From positions 352,001 through 416,000 of the forward strand of contig CBDCYI010000004.1 in the NCBI GenBank assembly GCA_965224085.1: a stretch of 64,000 bases of DNA, read 5' to 3'. The position numbers and the translations under genes are program-made. Numbering within the stretch: the stretch's first letter is position 1; every line of letters starts with the position of its first letter. The DNA comes from Candidatus Marinacidobacterales bacterium. Lineage in GTDB: Bacteria; Acidobacteriota; Vicinamibacteria; Marinacidobacterales; SMYC01. Positions 20,941-31,919 of this stretch are shown here, piece by piece. The notes below the pieces were generated by a model. It did no database searches, was not told where the DNA came from, and saw only the letters and a list, made by a program, of their open reading frames with translations.

Positions 20941-22627
20941 GTTCCTGTCCAGAAACACCATAACTTGTGGTGTACGAGAGGCCTATCGAAGATGTGGGTA
21001 TTATACGTTTTCAGTCGGCACCTCGTAGGCTCGGAAGCGAATGAAAATCTTGGACGAAACGAGAGGCGAATCGTCAGCAATCCATGGCTATAAACGCAGT
21101 AAGAGTAATCATTATTATCGTAATAGGTTCCTTGCCATTACCAACAGGTTGCAGGTGATGATGGAACTCCATACGTAGGATTTGAAAGAAGGCAATGAGC
21201 GCCATGTGCATCGGTCGAGACCAAAGACTCGTTTCAAGAACGAAATGACGCCTTCGATTCCGCAGCGAAATCGCCGTAGGCGTTGATAGACCCAGGAACT
21301 CTTGACCATATCGGTCACCGCGAAGTGAGCCTTGGTAAAGGCAACATCTTCAACTCCCTTGCCTTTGATGGCTTCCAAGTTTGCCTTTGAAGAAAACGCG
21401 CCATCGTAGGCAACCTGGCGCGGGGCCCGTTCGTAGAGTTCGACTTGACGGTCGATCATGGTTTCCGCGAGAGTTGAATCGGACGAATTCCCATCCAAGA
21501 TCACGCAATCCAAAATCATCGAGGACGAGCCACCAGTCAAACACACCTTGTGACCGTAGAGAGTCTCGCGCCGGTCTTTGCGAATAATGTCGGTGTGTTC
21601 TTCGAAGATCGAAACGACCTTTTCCTCCGCAGGCACACGCTCTTCATCAATCACTCTACGCCGAGTTTGGTTGATGACTTTTTCGGTGAGGACGAGAAAG
21701 TGCTTAAAATCCGCGGCGATCTTCTCCGCACTCGCTCGCTTCACCGGCTCGGTCAAGCCGGACTCGTCCAACTGGTCTGCAACGCGTTGAGCGGAGCGAT
21801 AGGTTTCTTCCGACACCTTCAGTAGATCTCGATAGACGCGACGCCTTTGTTCCTTATCCTTCGCGTTTAGAACTCCCAGTCGACGTCTCTTCGCTCGACG
21901 CGTTCGATTGCCGAAGACCACTACTGTACCCAGCAGTTCGCGAGTTCGGCACATGAGGCGAGTGAGAACTCGGACGCAGTCATAAAGAAGCTCGGAGTCC
22001 GTAGGAGAATGAATATTCGACTCCACTACCGTGCAGTCCACTCGTACTTTTCTTCCTTTTTCGATCGCGGTCTTCTCGGCAACACTCACCAACTCTCGGT
22101 TGATTTTCTCCAGCGTTTCGAACTTCACGGCTTTGATGTTTGCTGCTAGGGTCGACTTCGACGGGCTCGGCTCTATGATGCCGAGCTGGCAAAACGTCCG
22201 ATAGCTTCGAGAGTCTGCCAAGTGAAACGCCAACTCCCGATAGGTGAACTGATTCAGCTGCTTGACCAACAACGCCCGGAGAACCTGCTCCGCGCTCATT
22301 CCCCCACGACCAACATCGCTCCCTGCCGATGGGCGAGTGACCGACCTCAGGTCTTGCAGTACCAGCTCATTCAGCTTAGGATGGGCATCGAGCAGCGATG
22401 ATATCGTTTCGAGTTCGCGTGCGTGCTCCAGCTCCAGCCAGGGCTCGCGAAGGCTTGGTTGTGGGTTGATCGTTTTTCGCATTTAGGGCTGGTCTCCTTT
22501 GGAGTTAAGTCGTTTAGAATCTGCGTTTTTGTCGACTCGATACTAAACGACACTCCCTCAGAAGGCTAGCCCTAAATTTGCGATTAACCCTTTTTTCTCA
22601 ACCTCTTACACCTGTCAGGACGGGTAC
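20941..22627 (-). mobile_element. IS-A copy 2 (1687 bp)
   Basis: Same termini as copy 1; TSD TAGTTA at 20935-20940 and 22628-22633. Confidence 0.95.
21115..22482 (-). CDS. IS-A DDE transposase (455 aa)
   Basis: RVDCTVVESNIH, YDGAF and RCGIEGVIS motifs; one-codon insertion and a few substitutions relative to the other copies. Confidence 0.93.
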   Translation of the reverse strand: MRKTINPQPSLREPWLELEHARELETISSLLDAHPKLNELVLQDLRSVTRPSAGSDVGRGGMSAEQVLRALLVKQLNQFTYRELAFHLADSRSYRTFCQLGIIEPSPSKSTLAANIKAVKFETLEKINRELVSVAEKTAIEKGRKVRVDCTVVESNIHSPTDSELLYDCVRVLTRLMCRTRELLGTVVVFGNRTRRAKRRRLGVLNAKDKEQRRRVYRDLLKVSEETYRSAQRVADQLDESGLTEPVKRASAEKIAADFKHFLVLTEKVINQTRRRVIDEERVPAEEKVVSIFEEHTDIIRKDRRETLYGHKVCLTGGSSSMILDCVILDGNSSDSTLAETMIDRQVELYERAPRQVAYDGAFSSKANLEAIKGKGVEDVAFTKAHFAVTDMVKSSWVYQRLRRFRCGIEGVISFLKRVFGLDRCTWRSLPSFKSYVWSSIITCNLLVMARNLLR

Positions 22628-22630
22628 TAG

Positions 22631-23464
22631 TTAGCGAATCAGCTCGAACTCGGGGGCTTTGTCCACGACCCCCACCGCCTCCGCCCGCGCGAAGAGTTCG
22701 CGCAGCGCTTTCTCGCCGGCGTCGCCCATGTCCTTCGTGATGTCCGACACGTACATCTTCACGAAGCGGCGGCCGAGCTCGCGCTCGAGGCCGCGGCCGA
22801 ACTTGAGCGAATAGGTGAGCGCCTCATCTTCGTTCTCATAGGCCCAGTCGATGCTCGCGCGCATCGCACGGTTGATCTCCTCCGCGAGCTCGTGCCCGAG
22901 ATCGCGCCGTACGACGTCGAGGCCGAGCGGCAGAGGAAGCCCCGTTTCTTTTTCCCACCGCTCTCCAAAGTCCAGTATTTTGTGATAGCCCTTGTCGGCA
23001 TAGGTCAGCTGGCCTTCGTGGATGATAACGCCAGCATCCGCGTCGCCTTTGTCGACGGCGTCAAAGATCGCGTCGAATGGCCGAACGACCGCGTCGAACT
23101 TTGGAAGGAAGATGCGCGAGAGAAGCGCCGCTGTCGTGATCTCACCGGGAATGGCGACGCGCTTGCCTTCGAGCTCGTCGATCGTAAGCGCTTCTTTCGA
23201 GACGACGACCGGGCCGTAGCCCTCGCCCATGCTCGCGCCCGTCGCCATGATCCAATATTTGTCGGCGACGGAGAGAAAGGCATGCGCCGAAATGGCCGTG
23301 ACCTCGAGATCGCCGTTCATCGCTCGCTCGTTGAGCGTCTGGATGTCCTGGAGCACATGGTCAATTTCGAAATCGAGAATTTTGACGGCGCCGTGCGAGA
23401 GCGCGCAAAACATGAACGCGTCATCGGGGTCCGGGCTATGCCCGATTTGCAAAACGTTTGACAT
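22631..23464 (-). CDS. mqnD: 1,4-dihydroxy-6-naphthoate synthase (futalosine pathway)
   Basis: GHSPDPDDAFMF, GASMGEGYGP, IIHEGQLTY and PLPLG motifs. Confidence 0.93.
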   Translation of the reverse strand: MSNVLQIGHSPDPDDAFMFCALSHGAVKILDFEIDHVLQDIQTLNERAMNGDLEVTAISAHAFLSVADKYWIMATGASMGEGYGPVVVSKEALTIDELEGKRVAIPGEITTAALLSRIFLPKFDAVVRPFDAIFDAVDKGDADAGVIIHEGQLTYADKGYHKILDFGERWEKETGLPLPLGLDVVRRDLGHELAEEINRAMRASIDWAYENEDEALTYSLKFGRGLERELGRRFVKMYVSDITKDMGDAGEKALRELFARAEAVGVVDKAPEFELIR

Positions 23465-25034
23465 CGGTTTCCTTTCTTGAATCGATTTGATGCAAATAGG
23501 CGCGCGGCACGTCGATGGCCAAGGCTTTCTTGGTCGCCTTCAGGCTGGCGTGGATGAAACAGACATGCGTGCACCAGCAGCCATCACGCTCGATGGCGGC
23601 CATTTCGTCGGTACGCTCACGCGACTGCCAGAAGCGGCTCCAATCGCAATCATAGTCGCGAAGATTGCCGAGCCGCTCGCGAAGCTCGCACGAGCGGATA
23701 TCACCATTTGCGTCCAAGACCGCAATGTTCTGCGCGGCGGTACACGGCATGGGCCATCGATGACGGCGTTCGAGGTTCGCGGCTTGGATCTCGTGGTACA
23801 GGCCGAGCACGCCGAGATAGGTCGCCTTGCCCAACCAGCTGTTGCGGGCGCCGACCTTGGAAGCGTAGTGCTCATAGACAGGCTTCAGATCCTGATGGAG
23901 CTGCTCTAGTGTGTCCTTGTGGACTTCGAGAAGCGTGGGATCCATGGGCTCGCCTCGGATGATCTGAAAGTAGTGCCCGTCGAGATCGAAACGCTCGCGC
24001 ATGATCCTCCCGAGCTCGAGCATCTCGACTACGTTCTCGCGGCAAATGACGGAGTTCACGTGAAGCCTCAGCCGGGCGTCGCGATGGCGGGTCTTGGGAC
24101 TCGGGTTGTCACAGAGGTCGGCCGCGGCCTGGTACACGGAGATCGTCCCGCGTTCGACCGCGCCCCCGTCGAGCTGTTCACGCAGCGCCATCGCGGCATC
24201 GATCGCAGCGTGCGTATGTCGGCAGGACGCGTACGGCTTGAGCGAGACGCCCGGAAGCGCCAAGGGCGGCTCGCCAAGTCCCGCAGTGACTTTGTCCGGC
24301 TCGCCTTGCGGAGCCAGTCCGGCGAAGAATCCGCGCTCGCCTTCCACGATCGAGCGCGCGCCCGTGAAACCATGCGCGGCGAGCTCTGCGGCGCGAAACC
24401 CGCTCGCAGCGGCGTGTCCCGTGTGTAGGTGTTTCGACATCGCACCTTCCGCGTTGAACTCCCAAAGGCCGAAGGCCATCGTGCCCGCATTGCCGAGCGC
24501 CCACGTCAGCGCTTCGGAATCGAGCCCGCGAAGCCACCCCGCCGCCATTGCGGAGCCGAAGATGCCGCAAGTCGATGTGTTGTGAAAGTGATAGTAATGT
24601 TTCGCGCCGACGGCCGAGCCGAAACGGATCGCGACCTCGAAGCCGGCAACGATCGCGGAGAGCAGCTCTCTTCCATTCCGTCCATCACGTCCGTAGGCGG
24701 CCAGCGCGGCGGGCATGACGACGGCGCCGGGATGGACGATCGAGACGCGGTCGACATCATCCATCTCGACGACATGCGAGAGCGCGCCGTTCGCGAACGC
24801 CGCCGCTTCCGCCGACCGGCCCACGGTTTCGCCGCAGACGAGAGCGTCTCCGCTCGGCTGGGCGCGCGTATATTCCAAAATCGCGCGCCCCGGCTCCGTC
24901 CCGCGACCTGCAAAAGCGCTCGCGAGCCAGTCGAGCACGAAGAGCTGCGCGCTCTCGAGAACTTCGTCATCGAACCCGCGCGTACGTTGCTCAAAGGCCC
25001 ACTCGACCAGGGCTTCGGTCGCCGTTGCGGTCAA
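23436..25034 (-). pseudogene. In-frame chimera: MmgE/PrpD N-terminal part + radical SAM/SPASM C-terminal part
   Basis: HVVEMDD, HPGAVV and LKPYASCRHTH up to about 24085, then CTAAQN..NGDIRSCE..CWCTHVC; no CxxxCxxC motif. Confidence 0.75.
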
Positions 25035-26034
25035 TTCGTTGTCGCTCCGCGAGGAATGACGGGAAGCACCAGCTTGGACGGGTGCTCCCGGTCGTGATAA
25101 ATCGAATTCTTCGCGACAACACCGGGAAAATCCTCGTCCATTTCCTTTCCCGTGTTGCCGTTTGGATACCACTTGGGAAAGCTGCTGCTCGAGAGAACGA
25201 TGCGGATGCGATGCCCTTGGAGAAACAAGTTCGAGATGGGATACATCTCGATCCCGAAAGGATAGATCTCGCCGCGCTTCATGAAGACCGGCGCTTCGTC
25301 TCCTTCCCGATAGCGCGCTCGTAGAATGTTCTGGCGGAGCGTCTGCGAACAGCCGTCGGGTTGTACGTCGGTGATCGTGACGACCCAATCCGTATCCACA
25401 GCGCTCGAAGACGCGTAGAACTCGAGCTTTGGCAGACCGGTCACTTCGACGGGGCTCGTGAGCGCTCGTCGTATAGGTGAGGCTCCTCTTCCCGGCAGGG
25501 CGGTGATCCCGCGCTCCGTTCGGCTGCACGAAGAGGTCGCCGCCAATCGACGGCACGGGGTTGCATGAGCGCAGAACATCGCTTCGAGATGAGGCGGCTT
25601 CGTTACCATCGTGAGGTATTGATTCGCGCAGGTGAAGGAAAGCCCCATGGTCCCGACTTTGCCATTGGACCAAGACTGCTTCGCGGCCCACTCGATCGTG
25701 TCGTGGCCGTCCTGTCGCTCTCCCCAACCCTCATCGCGCAACCAGTAATTCGTTCCTTCGGAGTTGTACCGTCCTCGTTCGTCCTGGATGAGGACGACGT
25801 AGCCGCGCTTGACGAAATAGCGCGCGTGCAAGTGCTCGCACCCACGTTTGTTGTAGGGCGTGCGCTCGATGAGGACCGGGTAGGGGCCTTCGAACTGATT
25901 CTCGGGAACGTAGATGTCGGTCGCCAGCTCGACACCGTCACGCATCGGCACCATGACTCTCGGCATTCCCACGTCTGGCCGAATGCCCAGGTTGGTACCA
26001 CCACCAGACAGAAACAGAAAATCCAACGCCGCAT
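25031..26034 (-). pseudogene. CocE/NonD hydrolase with frameshift and large internal deletion
   Basis: PMRDGVELATD, ERTPY, QDERGRY and GLSFT followed almost directly by the C-terminal PepX-like domain. Confidence 0.8.
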
Positions 26035-26161
26035 GATCTCCTCCCGCACAGGGATGTATCTCAAGCGCGTACTGGGCGTCAACCGTTAGAATGGGCATCC
26101 TGGAGGTCTCCATGAACCGGTGTGCCTTTCTCGCAGCGCCACGCTCCTGTCGTCGATGACT

Positions 26162-27277
26162 TCATCCTTCCTGCGGGTGGATGATGGTCTCTGTCGGAGA
26201 CCGCATCTCATAGATACGCCCTCGCCATGTGATGCGCCGTGAGGCCAACGCACGTACGGCTGCCTGGACCGTCAGGAAGCTCGCCAAAGGAAATAGTGTT
26301 GCGTGTGCCCACCAATACTTTGGTCCCCAAGGGGACGAGATCGCCCGCGAGCCGCCGGAATAGGCTCCGAGTACGAGGACGACCAGCCATAAGATAAGTC
26401 CTGCCTTCCCGCCTGCCCAAGGTCCCAGCAACAAGAAAGCCGAGTACAGTCCGTGATGGAGCACGCCGACACGAAACAGTGCAGGCCAATAAACGCGCGT
26501 AATGGCCATCTGCCTCGTGACAAATGAGAGAAGCTCGACGAGTCCGACGCGACCATAGGAAGGCACGAGGCAGCCGGGTACGAAGGAAACTTTCAAGCCC
26601 GCGCGTCGCACCGTGTGGGTGAGCGCGTAGTCGTCCGAAAGCGCGCCTTGCCATGCCTCAGCGACACCGATCCGCTCAAACACGCCGCGCCGGATCGCCA
26701 TGCCTCCACCCCAAGCAAAGTTCCGATCGTGGTTGCCGAGAAGCGAAAGCACCGAAGCGTTCCACACGGAGCGCAGCAACGTGAGGAAGCTCAAAGGCTC
26801 CGGCACGTAGAAGCGATAGGTCGACGCGACACCTATACCCGGGCAGTCGAGCTCGCCTACGAGACGACGCAGCCAGCCGGGGTCGGGCCGACCGTCCGAA
26901 TCGGCAAAGGCCCACACGTCGGAGGGTGAGGCCCGATCGATGGCGGTGAGCAGGTTGTGCACCTTTTGCCCACGTCCTTCGGCCGCCCCGGCGATCAGGA
27001 GCTCGCCGGCAAGAGGCTTGATGAACGGAATGGCAGTGTCGTCCGCGCGTTCGACCACGAAAACGAGTCGGAGATTCGGATAGTCCTGTTGTGCCAGGGC
27101 CGCCAGATTGGTCGCCAAACCTTCCTCCACGCCGCAGCACGGGACGAAGAGCGTGACGGAAGGTCCCTCGTGCTCCATCGAGGTGCGCTCGTAGACTGCG
27201 TTGCGCCGTCCTCCGAACAGAGACCACAGTGCGATGAGCAGCTGCACGAGACCCAGAACCACGACGAAGCTAGTCAA
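26162..27277 (-). CDS. GT2/GT21 glycosyltransferase (ceramide glucosyltransferase/HpnI-like)
   Basis: QQDYP, FADSD, LSDDY, RQ and WRGRIY motifs. Confidence 0.85.
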   Translation of the reverse strand: MTSFVVVLGLVQLLIALWSLFGGRRNAVYERTSMEHEGPSVTLFVPCCGVEEGLATNLAALAQQDYPNLRLVFVVERADDTAIPFIKPLAGELLIAGAAEGRGQKVHNLLTAIDRASPSDVWAFADSDGRPDPGWLRRLVGELDCPGIGVASTYRFYVPEPLSFLTLLRSVWNASVLSLLGNHDRNFAWGGGMAIRRGVFERIGVAEAWQGALSDDYALTHTVRRAGLKVSFVPGCLVPSYGRVGLVELLSFVTRQMAITRVYWPALFRVGVLHHGLYSAFLLLGPWAGGKAGLILWLVVLVLGAYSGGSRAISSPWGPKYWWAHATLFPLASFLTVQAAVRALASRRITWRGRIYEMRSPTETIIHPQEG

Positions 27278-27447
27278 GTGTAAGCCCGAAGCGACGGCAG
27301 GAATGTTGACATTCCTTATTTTTACCCGATATATTCAATACTTGAGTTGCTCCTAAACGTGAAAACGAAACAACTTCTCTCAATGCACGCGCCGCTACGA
27401 CCCCTCCCGAGCCCGCGCTCCGGTCGACGCTTGTCGATCCAAGACTC

Positions 27448-28209
27448 ATGAAGCTGCGAGTTCTGGGTTGTTCCGGGGGGAGCGTTCACGGGCGCTTCCT
27501 TTCCTGCTTTCTTCTCGAGGAACGTGTGTCGCTCGATGCCGGCGGTCTCACCAATGCGCTCACGCTCGAAGAGCAGCACGGGATTGGCCATGTGATCGTG
27601 AGTCACACCCATCTCGATCACAACTGCGGTCTTCCGTTTTTTCTGGACAACGTGTTTGGTCATCTGGATGAGCCCGTGATCGTTTACGGGACGCGCTCTG
27701 TCGTCGAGAGTCTAAAGGCTCACATGTTCAACGGCGACCTCTGGCCCGACTTCACGAAGCTCCCATCGCCCGACGCACCGACGATGCGTTTTCAAGAGAT
27801 CGAAGCCGAAAAGCCGTTTGTGATCGAAGAGCTGACTTTCACGCCCGTCGAGGTCGAGCACCTCACGCCAACGGTGGGTTTTCTCGTCGAAGACAAACGC
27901 AGCGCGATTCTCTATACCAGCGATACCGGCCCGACCGATCGCATCTGGGAGCGCGCGAACACGCAAGACAATCTCAAAGCGGTCATTACGGAAATCTCTT
28001 TCTCGAACGCCGGGGAAGCCCTCGCGCATGCGAGCGGCCATATGACGCCGGACATGTTAGTTGGCGAGCTCAAGAAGCTCAGCAAGGACGTGCCGGTATT
28101 CGTCACGCATTCCAAGCCAGGCCACGTGCTTCTCATTGAACAAGAGCTTGAAAAAATGAAACTTGCGCGCGTCGAGTTGATCGAGCAAGGCAAAACATAC
28201 AATTTCTGA
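27448..28209 (+). CDS. MBL-fold cyclic-nucleotide phosphodiesterase
   Basis: VLGCSGG, LDAG, SHTHLDH, WPDF, SDTGPT and GHMTP motifs. Confidence 0.85.
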   Translation: MKLRVLGCSGGSVHGRFLSCFLLEERVSLDAGGLTNALTLEEQHGIGHVIVSHTHLDHNCGLPFFLDNVFGHLDEPVIVYGTRSVVESLKAHMFNGDLWPDFTKLPSPDAPTMRFQEIEAEKPFVIEELTFTPVEVEHLTPTVGFLVEDKRSAILYTSDTGPTDRIWERANTQDNLKAVITEISFSNAGEALAHASGHMTPDMLVGELKKLSKDVPVFVTHSKPGHVLLIEQELEKMKLARVELIEQGKTYNF

Positions 28210-28272
28210 GCGTCGCCCTCGGTGCCCGAAGACCCTAATCTGGTGCTCACGCGGTAGAATACACGCCCGAGG

Positions 28273-29181
28273 ATGCGATTCGTTCGGGCTATCGCTTACT
28301 GCGTCGAGGAGGCTGTCGTCGAGCTCTGGCGAAACCGTCTCGTCAACCTCGTTTCGGTCGGCACCATCGCGGTTTCTCTATTCATCCTGGGCGTCTTCCT
28401 GATCGTATCGTCCAGCTTGAACCAACTGCTTCAGGGCTGGGCCGGAAGGGTTCAGCTTACGCTCTACCTCGAAGATGATTTGACCGCGTCGGATCGCGAA
28501 CAGCTCCACCTCGTGCTCGAAAATAGCCCGGGGCTCGAGTCCTTCCAGTTCGTCTCCAAAGAGGATGCGCTCGAGCGTTTCCGGTCCTACTTCCCCGAGC
28601 TCGACACCTTGCCCGACCTTCTCGAGTCGAACCCGCTACCGGCGTCGTTCGAAGTCGGCGTAGCAGAAGAGTTCAGAGAGCCAAATCAAGTGCGCGCGGT
28701 CGCGGCCCGCCTCGCGGGCCTGGGCGGCGTCTCCGAAGTCGACTATGACCTGCTGTGGATCGAGCGGTTGACGGCAATCATCGAGCTCGTTCAGATGATC
28801 GGTCTCTCGATCGGGAGCGCTCTCGCCGTCGCTTCGGTCTTTACGATCTTCAACGTCATCAAGCTCACCGTCTATGGCCGTCAGGACGAGATCGGAATCA
28901 TGCGTCTCGTTGGCGCGACCCACGCTTACATTCGTGGCCCCTTCCTAATAGAGGGTATACTTCAGGGCGGGCTCGGCGGTGGACTCGCGCTTGGACTGCT
29001 CTACTTTGCGCACCAATATCTCCTCCGAGAGGCGCTGCGCTCCGTTCAGCTCTTGCCGTCGGCCGATTGGCTGCCGTTCGTTCCACCGCCGGCCTGGGCC
29101 GCTCTCATTCTCGGGGGGATGTTCGTCGGCCTCCTCGGGAGCCTGTTATCCGTGCGGAAGTTCCTTGCCAGCCCTGTGTGA
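28273..29181 (+). CDS. ftsX: Cell division permease FtsX
   Basis: SKEDAL, NPLPASF and EIGIMRLVGAT..IRGPFLIEG motifs. Confidence 0.92.
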   Translation: MRFVRAIAYCVEEAVVELWRNRLVNLVSVGTIAVSLFILGVFLIVSSSLNQLLQGWAGRVQLTLYLEDDLTASDREQLHLVLENSPGLESFQFVSKEDALERFRSYFPELDTLPDLLESNPLPASFEVGVAEEFREPNQVRAVAARLAGLGGVSEVDYDLLWIERLTAIIELVQMIGLSIGSALAVASVFTIFNVIKLTVYGRQDEIGIMRLVGATHAYIRGPFLIEGILQGGLGGGLALGLLYFAHQYLLREALRSVQLLPSADWLPFVPPPAWAALILGGMFVGLLGSLLSVRKFLASPV

Positions 29182-29197
29182 TGAGAGTCTGATGTCG

Positions 29198-29815
29198 TCA
29201 ATTGCCGGCGAGCTCGGCAATGCGTGCGGCGACGAAATCGAGCGCGATCTCGTTTCGAGCGCCCTTCGGGATGATGAGGTCGGCGTAGCGTTTCGAAGGC
29301 TCGGTGAAATCCACGTGCATCGGGCGCACCGACTCCAGATATTGCTTCGTGACTGATTCGATGGTTCGGCCCCGATCTTGAACGTCACGCGCCAAACGTC
29401 TCAGAATGCGGATATCGGCGTCGGCATCGATGAACAGCTTGATGTCGAGTCGCTCACGAAGCCGGACGTCGACGAGGACCATGATCCCCTCGAGGAGGAT
29501 CACGGGTCGCAGCTCGACGTTGTGCCCGGTGACGACGCGCGCGTGCTCGATATAATCGTAGGCGAGCCGCGGTACGGCTTTGCCCGCTTTGAGCGCGTCC
29601 AGATGTTCCACGAGTAGCTCGGTCTCGTAAGCGTCCGGGTGGTCGTAGTTTACTTGCGCACGCTCCTCGAACGGAAGAGCAGAGGGGTCGACGTAGTACG
29701 CGTCCTGAGACAGCAAGACGATTTTGTCCGGCCCCATCCGATTCATGATCTCTTTCGCGAAGCTCGTTTTTCCCGAGCTCGTCCCTCCTGCGATTCCGAT
29801 GACGATGGGCGTCAC
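29198..29815 (-). CDS. udk: Uridine kinase
   Basis: GIAGGTSSGKT, NYDHPDA, RRLARD and VRPMH motifs. Confidence 0.95.
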   Translation of the reverse strand: MTPIVIGIAGGTSSGKTSFAKEIMNRMGPDKIVLLSQDAYYVDPSALPFEERAQVNYDHPDAYETELLVEHLDALKAGKAVPRLAYDYIEHARVVTGHNVELRPVILLEGIMVLVDVRLRERLDIKLFIDADADIRILRRLARDVQDRGRTIESVTKQYLESVRPMHVDFTEPSKRYADLIIPKGARNEIALDFVAARIAELAGN

Positions 29816-30468
29816 GATTCCGCCACGCGTCCTTTCTCGAGAAGAATGACGCGCTTTCCCAAGCGCGTGATCAAATCGCGATCATGTGTGGCGACGAGCA
29901 CGGTCGTTCCGCGCGCGTTGATCTCCTGAAAGAGCGACATGATCTCGAACGCGAGCTCGGGGTCGAGATTGCCTGTCGGCTCGTCGGCGAGCAAGAGCAC
30001 AGGCTCGTTGATGAGAGCGCGCGCTATGGCGACGCGCTGCTGCTCCCCGCCGGAGAGTTGCAGCGGAAAGCTGTTCATCTTGTGGTGCAAGCCGACCTGT
30101 TTCAGGATTTGGTAGGCGCGGCGCTTGCGCTCGGGCCTCGCGACGCCCATGACCCGCAGCACGAAGGCGACGTTCTCGAAAACCGTCTTGCGCGGAAGCA
30201 GCTTGAAGTCCTGGAAAACGACACCGATATTGCGCCTGAGAAAGGGGATCTTGGCTTTGGGAATCGCAGAGACGTTTCGGCCATTGACGAGGATCTGGCC
30301 CTGCGACGGGACCTCCTCGCGGAAGATGAGCTTCAAGAAAGTCGTCTTGCCCGCACCGCTCGGACCGGTGAGGAAAACGAACTCGCCTCGGTCGATCTCG
30401 AGCGTCACGTCCCTAAGAGCGGCGTTGTCTCGCCCGTAATTCATATGGACGTGGAACGTCTGAATCAC
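29812..30468 (-). CDS. ftsE: Cell division ATP-binding protein FtsE
   Basis: [24 protein letters not shown] and LSGGEQQR motifs; GTG start overlaps the gatB stop. Confidence 0.93.
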   Translation of the reverse strand: MIQTFHVHMNYGRDNAALRDVTLEIDRGEFVFLTGPSGAGKTTFLKLIFREEVPSQGQILVNGRNVSAIPKAKIPFLRRNIGVVFQDFKLLPRKTVFENVAFVLRVMGVARPERKRRAYQILKQVGLHHKMNSFPLQLSGGEQQRVAIARALINEPVLLLADEPTGNLDPELAFEIMSLFQEINARGTTVLVATHDRDLITRLGKRVILLEKGRVAES

Positions 30469-31919
30469 GTTTGATCGAGGAGCCGCACGAGCGTCTCGCG
30501 GGCGAGTTTGGGGTTGGCTTGGCCGCGCGATGCTTTCATTATCTGACCGACCATCCAACCGGTGACTTTGTCTTTGCCCGCTTTGAGCTCGGCGACCTGT
30601 TCCGGGTTTTTCGCGATGACCGTGCGGACAAGCTCTTCTATGGCCGAGGCGTCGGAGATTTGACCGAGACCTTCGCGCTCGACGACGGCCGCCGGCCCAT
30701 CTCCGGACGAGACCATCTTCTCGAAGACATCCTTGCCCATCTTACCGCTTAACGTCCCTTTCTCCACGAGCTCGATGAGCTCGCCGAAGGATTCCGGTGT
30801 GACAGGGAGATCTTCAATCGCCACGCCCGACTCGTTTAATTTGCGTAGAAGCTCAGACATCATCCAATTGCTCGTGGCCTTGCCGCTTCCGGAGCGCTTC
30901 GCGGCAGCCTCGAAGTAATCGGCGCGCGCGCGCGAGCTGGTCAGGATTTTGGCGTCATAGGCGGGGATGCTGTAATCCGATTGGAGCCGCTCACGCCTGG
31001 CTTCCGGCAGTTCAGGGAGCTTTCGCTTCTGCTCGTCGAGCCACGTGGAACTGAGATCGAGAGGCGGGAGGTCGGGCTCGGGGAAATAACGATAGTCGTG
31101 GGCGTCTTCCTTGCTGCGCATCGAGACGGTGCGGTCGGCGTCTGGATCGTAGAGCCGAGTTTCCTGAACGATGCGCTCGCCCGATTCGCCTGATTCGTAA
31201 GCAGCGATCTGCCGCTCGACCTCGTAAGCGAGGCCGCGGCCGAGAAATCGGAAGGAGTTGATGTTCTTGAGCTCGACTTTGGTTCCGAGCTCGATCGTAC
31301 CCGCCGGGCGCACAGACACATTGCCGTCGCAACGGAAATTGCCTTTTTCCATGTCAGCGTCGGAGACTTCGGCATATTCCAGGATCTCTTTCAAGGCTTG
31401 CGCAAATTGGGTCGCTTCTTCCGGGCTTCTCAGGTCGGGATGGCTCACGATCTCGATCAGTGGAACGCCGCTTCGATTGAGATCGACGCCGCTTGAAACA
31501 TTCGAGTCTTCGAATCCGTCATGCAGGAGCTTCCCGGCATCCTCTTCCATGTGGATACGCTCGATCCGGATGCGCTTGTCCGCATCCCCGATCCGGATGC
31601 ACACCGCGCCATCCTCGGCGAGAGGGCGGTCGTATTGCGAGATCTGATATCCCTTGGGAAGGTCTGGGTAAAAATAGTTCTTGCGCGCAAAGATCGACGT
31701 CTCGTTGACCCGGCATCCTAGGGCGAAAGCCATCCTCGCGGCGAGCTCCACCGCGCGGCCGTTGAGAACAGGAAGAGCCCCCGGAAGCCCGATGCATACG
31801 GGACAGATATTCGTGTTCGGGGGCGCGCCGAAGCTGGCGCTACAGCCGCAGAAAAGCTTCGTCTCCGTCAGTAGCTGCGCATGGCACTCGAGCCCGATGA
31901 CGGTTTCGTATTCCGTCAT
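30465..31919 (-). CDS. gatB: Asp/Glu-tRNA amidotransferase subunit B
   Basis: IGLECHAQL, RKNYFYPDLPKGYQISQ and YRYFPEPDL motifs. Confidence 0.97.
   Translation of the reverse strand: MTEYETVIGLECHAQLLTETKLFCGCSASFGAPPNTNICPVCIGLPGALPVLNGRAVELAARMAFALGCRVNETSIFARKNYFYPDLPKGYQISQYDRPLAEDGAVCIRIGDADKRIRIERIHMEEDAGKLLHDGFEDSNVSSGVDLNRSGVPLIEIVSHPDLRSPEEATQFAQALKEILEYAEVSDADMEKGNFRCDGNVSVRPAGTIELGTKVELKNINSFRFLGRGLAYEVERQIAAYESGESGERIVQETRLYDPDADRTVSMRSKEDAHDYRYFPEPDLPPLDLSSTWLDEQKRKLPELPEARRERLQSDYSIPAYDAKILTSSRARADYFEAAAKRSGSGKATSNWMMSELLRKLNESGVAIEDLPVTPESFGELIELVEKGTLSGKMGKDVFEKMVSSGDGPAAVVEREGLGQISDASAIEELVRTVIAKNPEQVAELKAGKDKVTGWMVGQIMKASRGQANPKLARETLVRLLDQT

Noticed and set aside
23436-25727. 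763-aa ORF taken as a single protein
   Set aside because: Its first 230 aa are an alternate frame of the CocE remnant; the PrpD-like part starts at about 25034.
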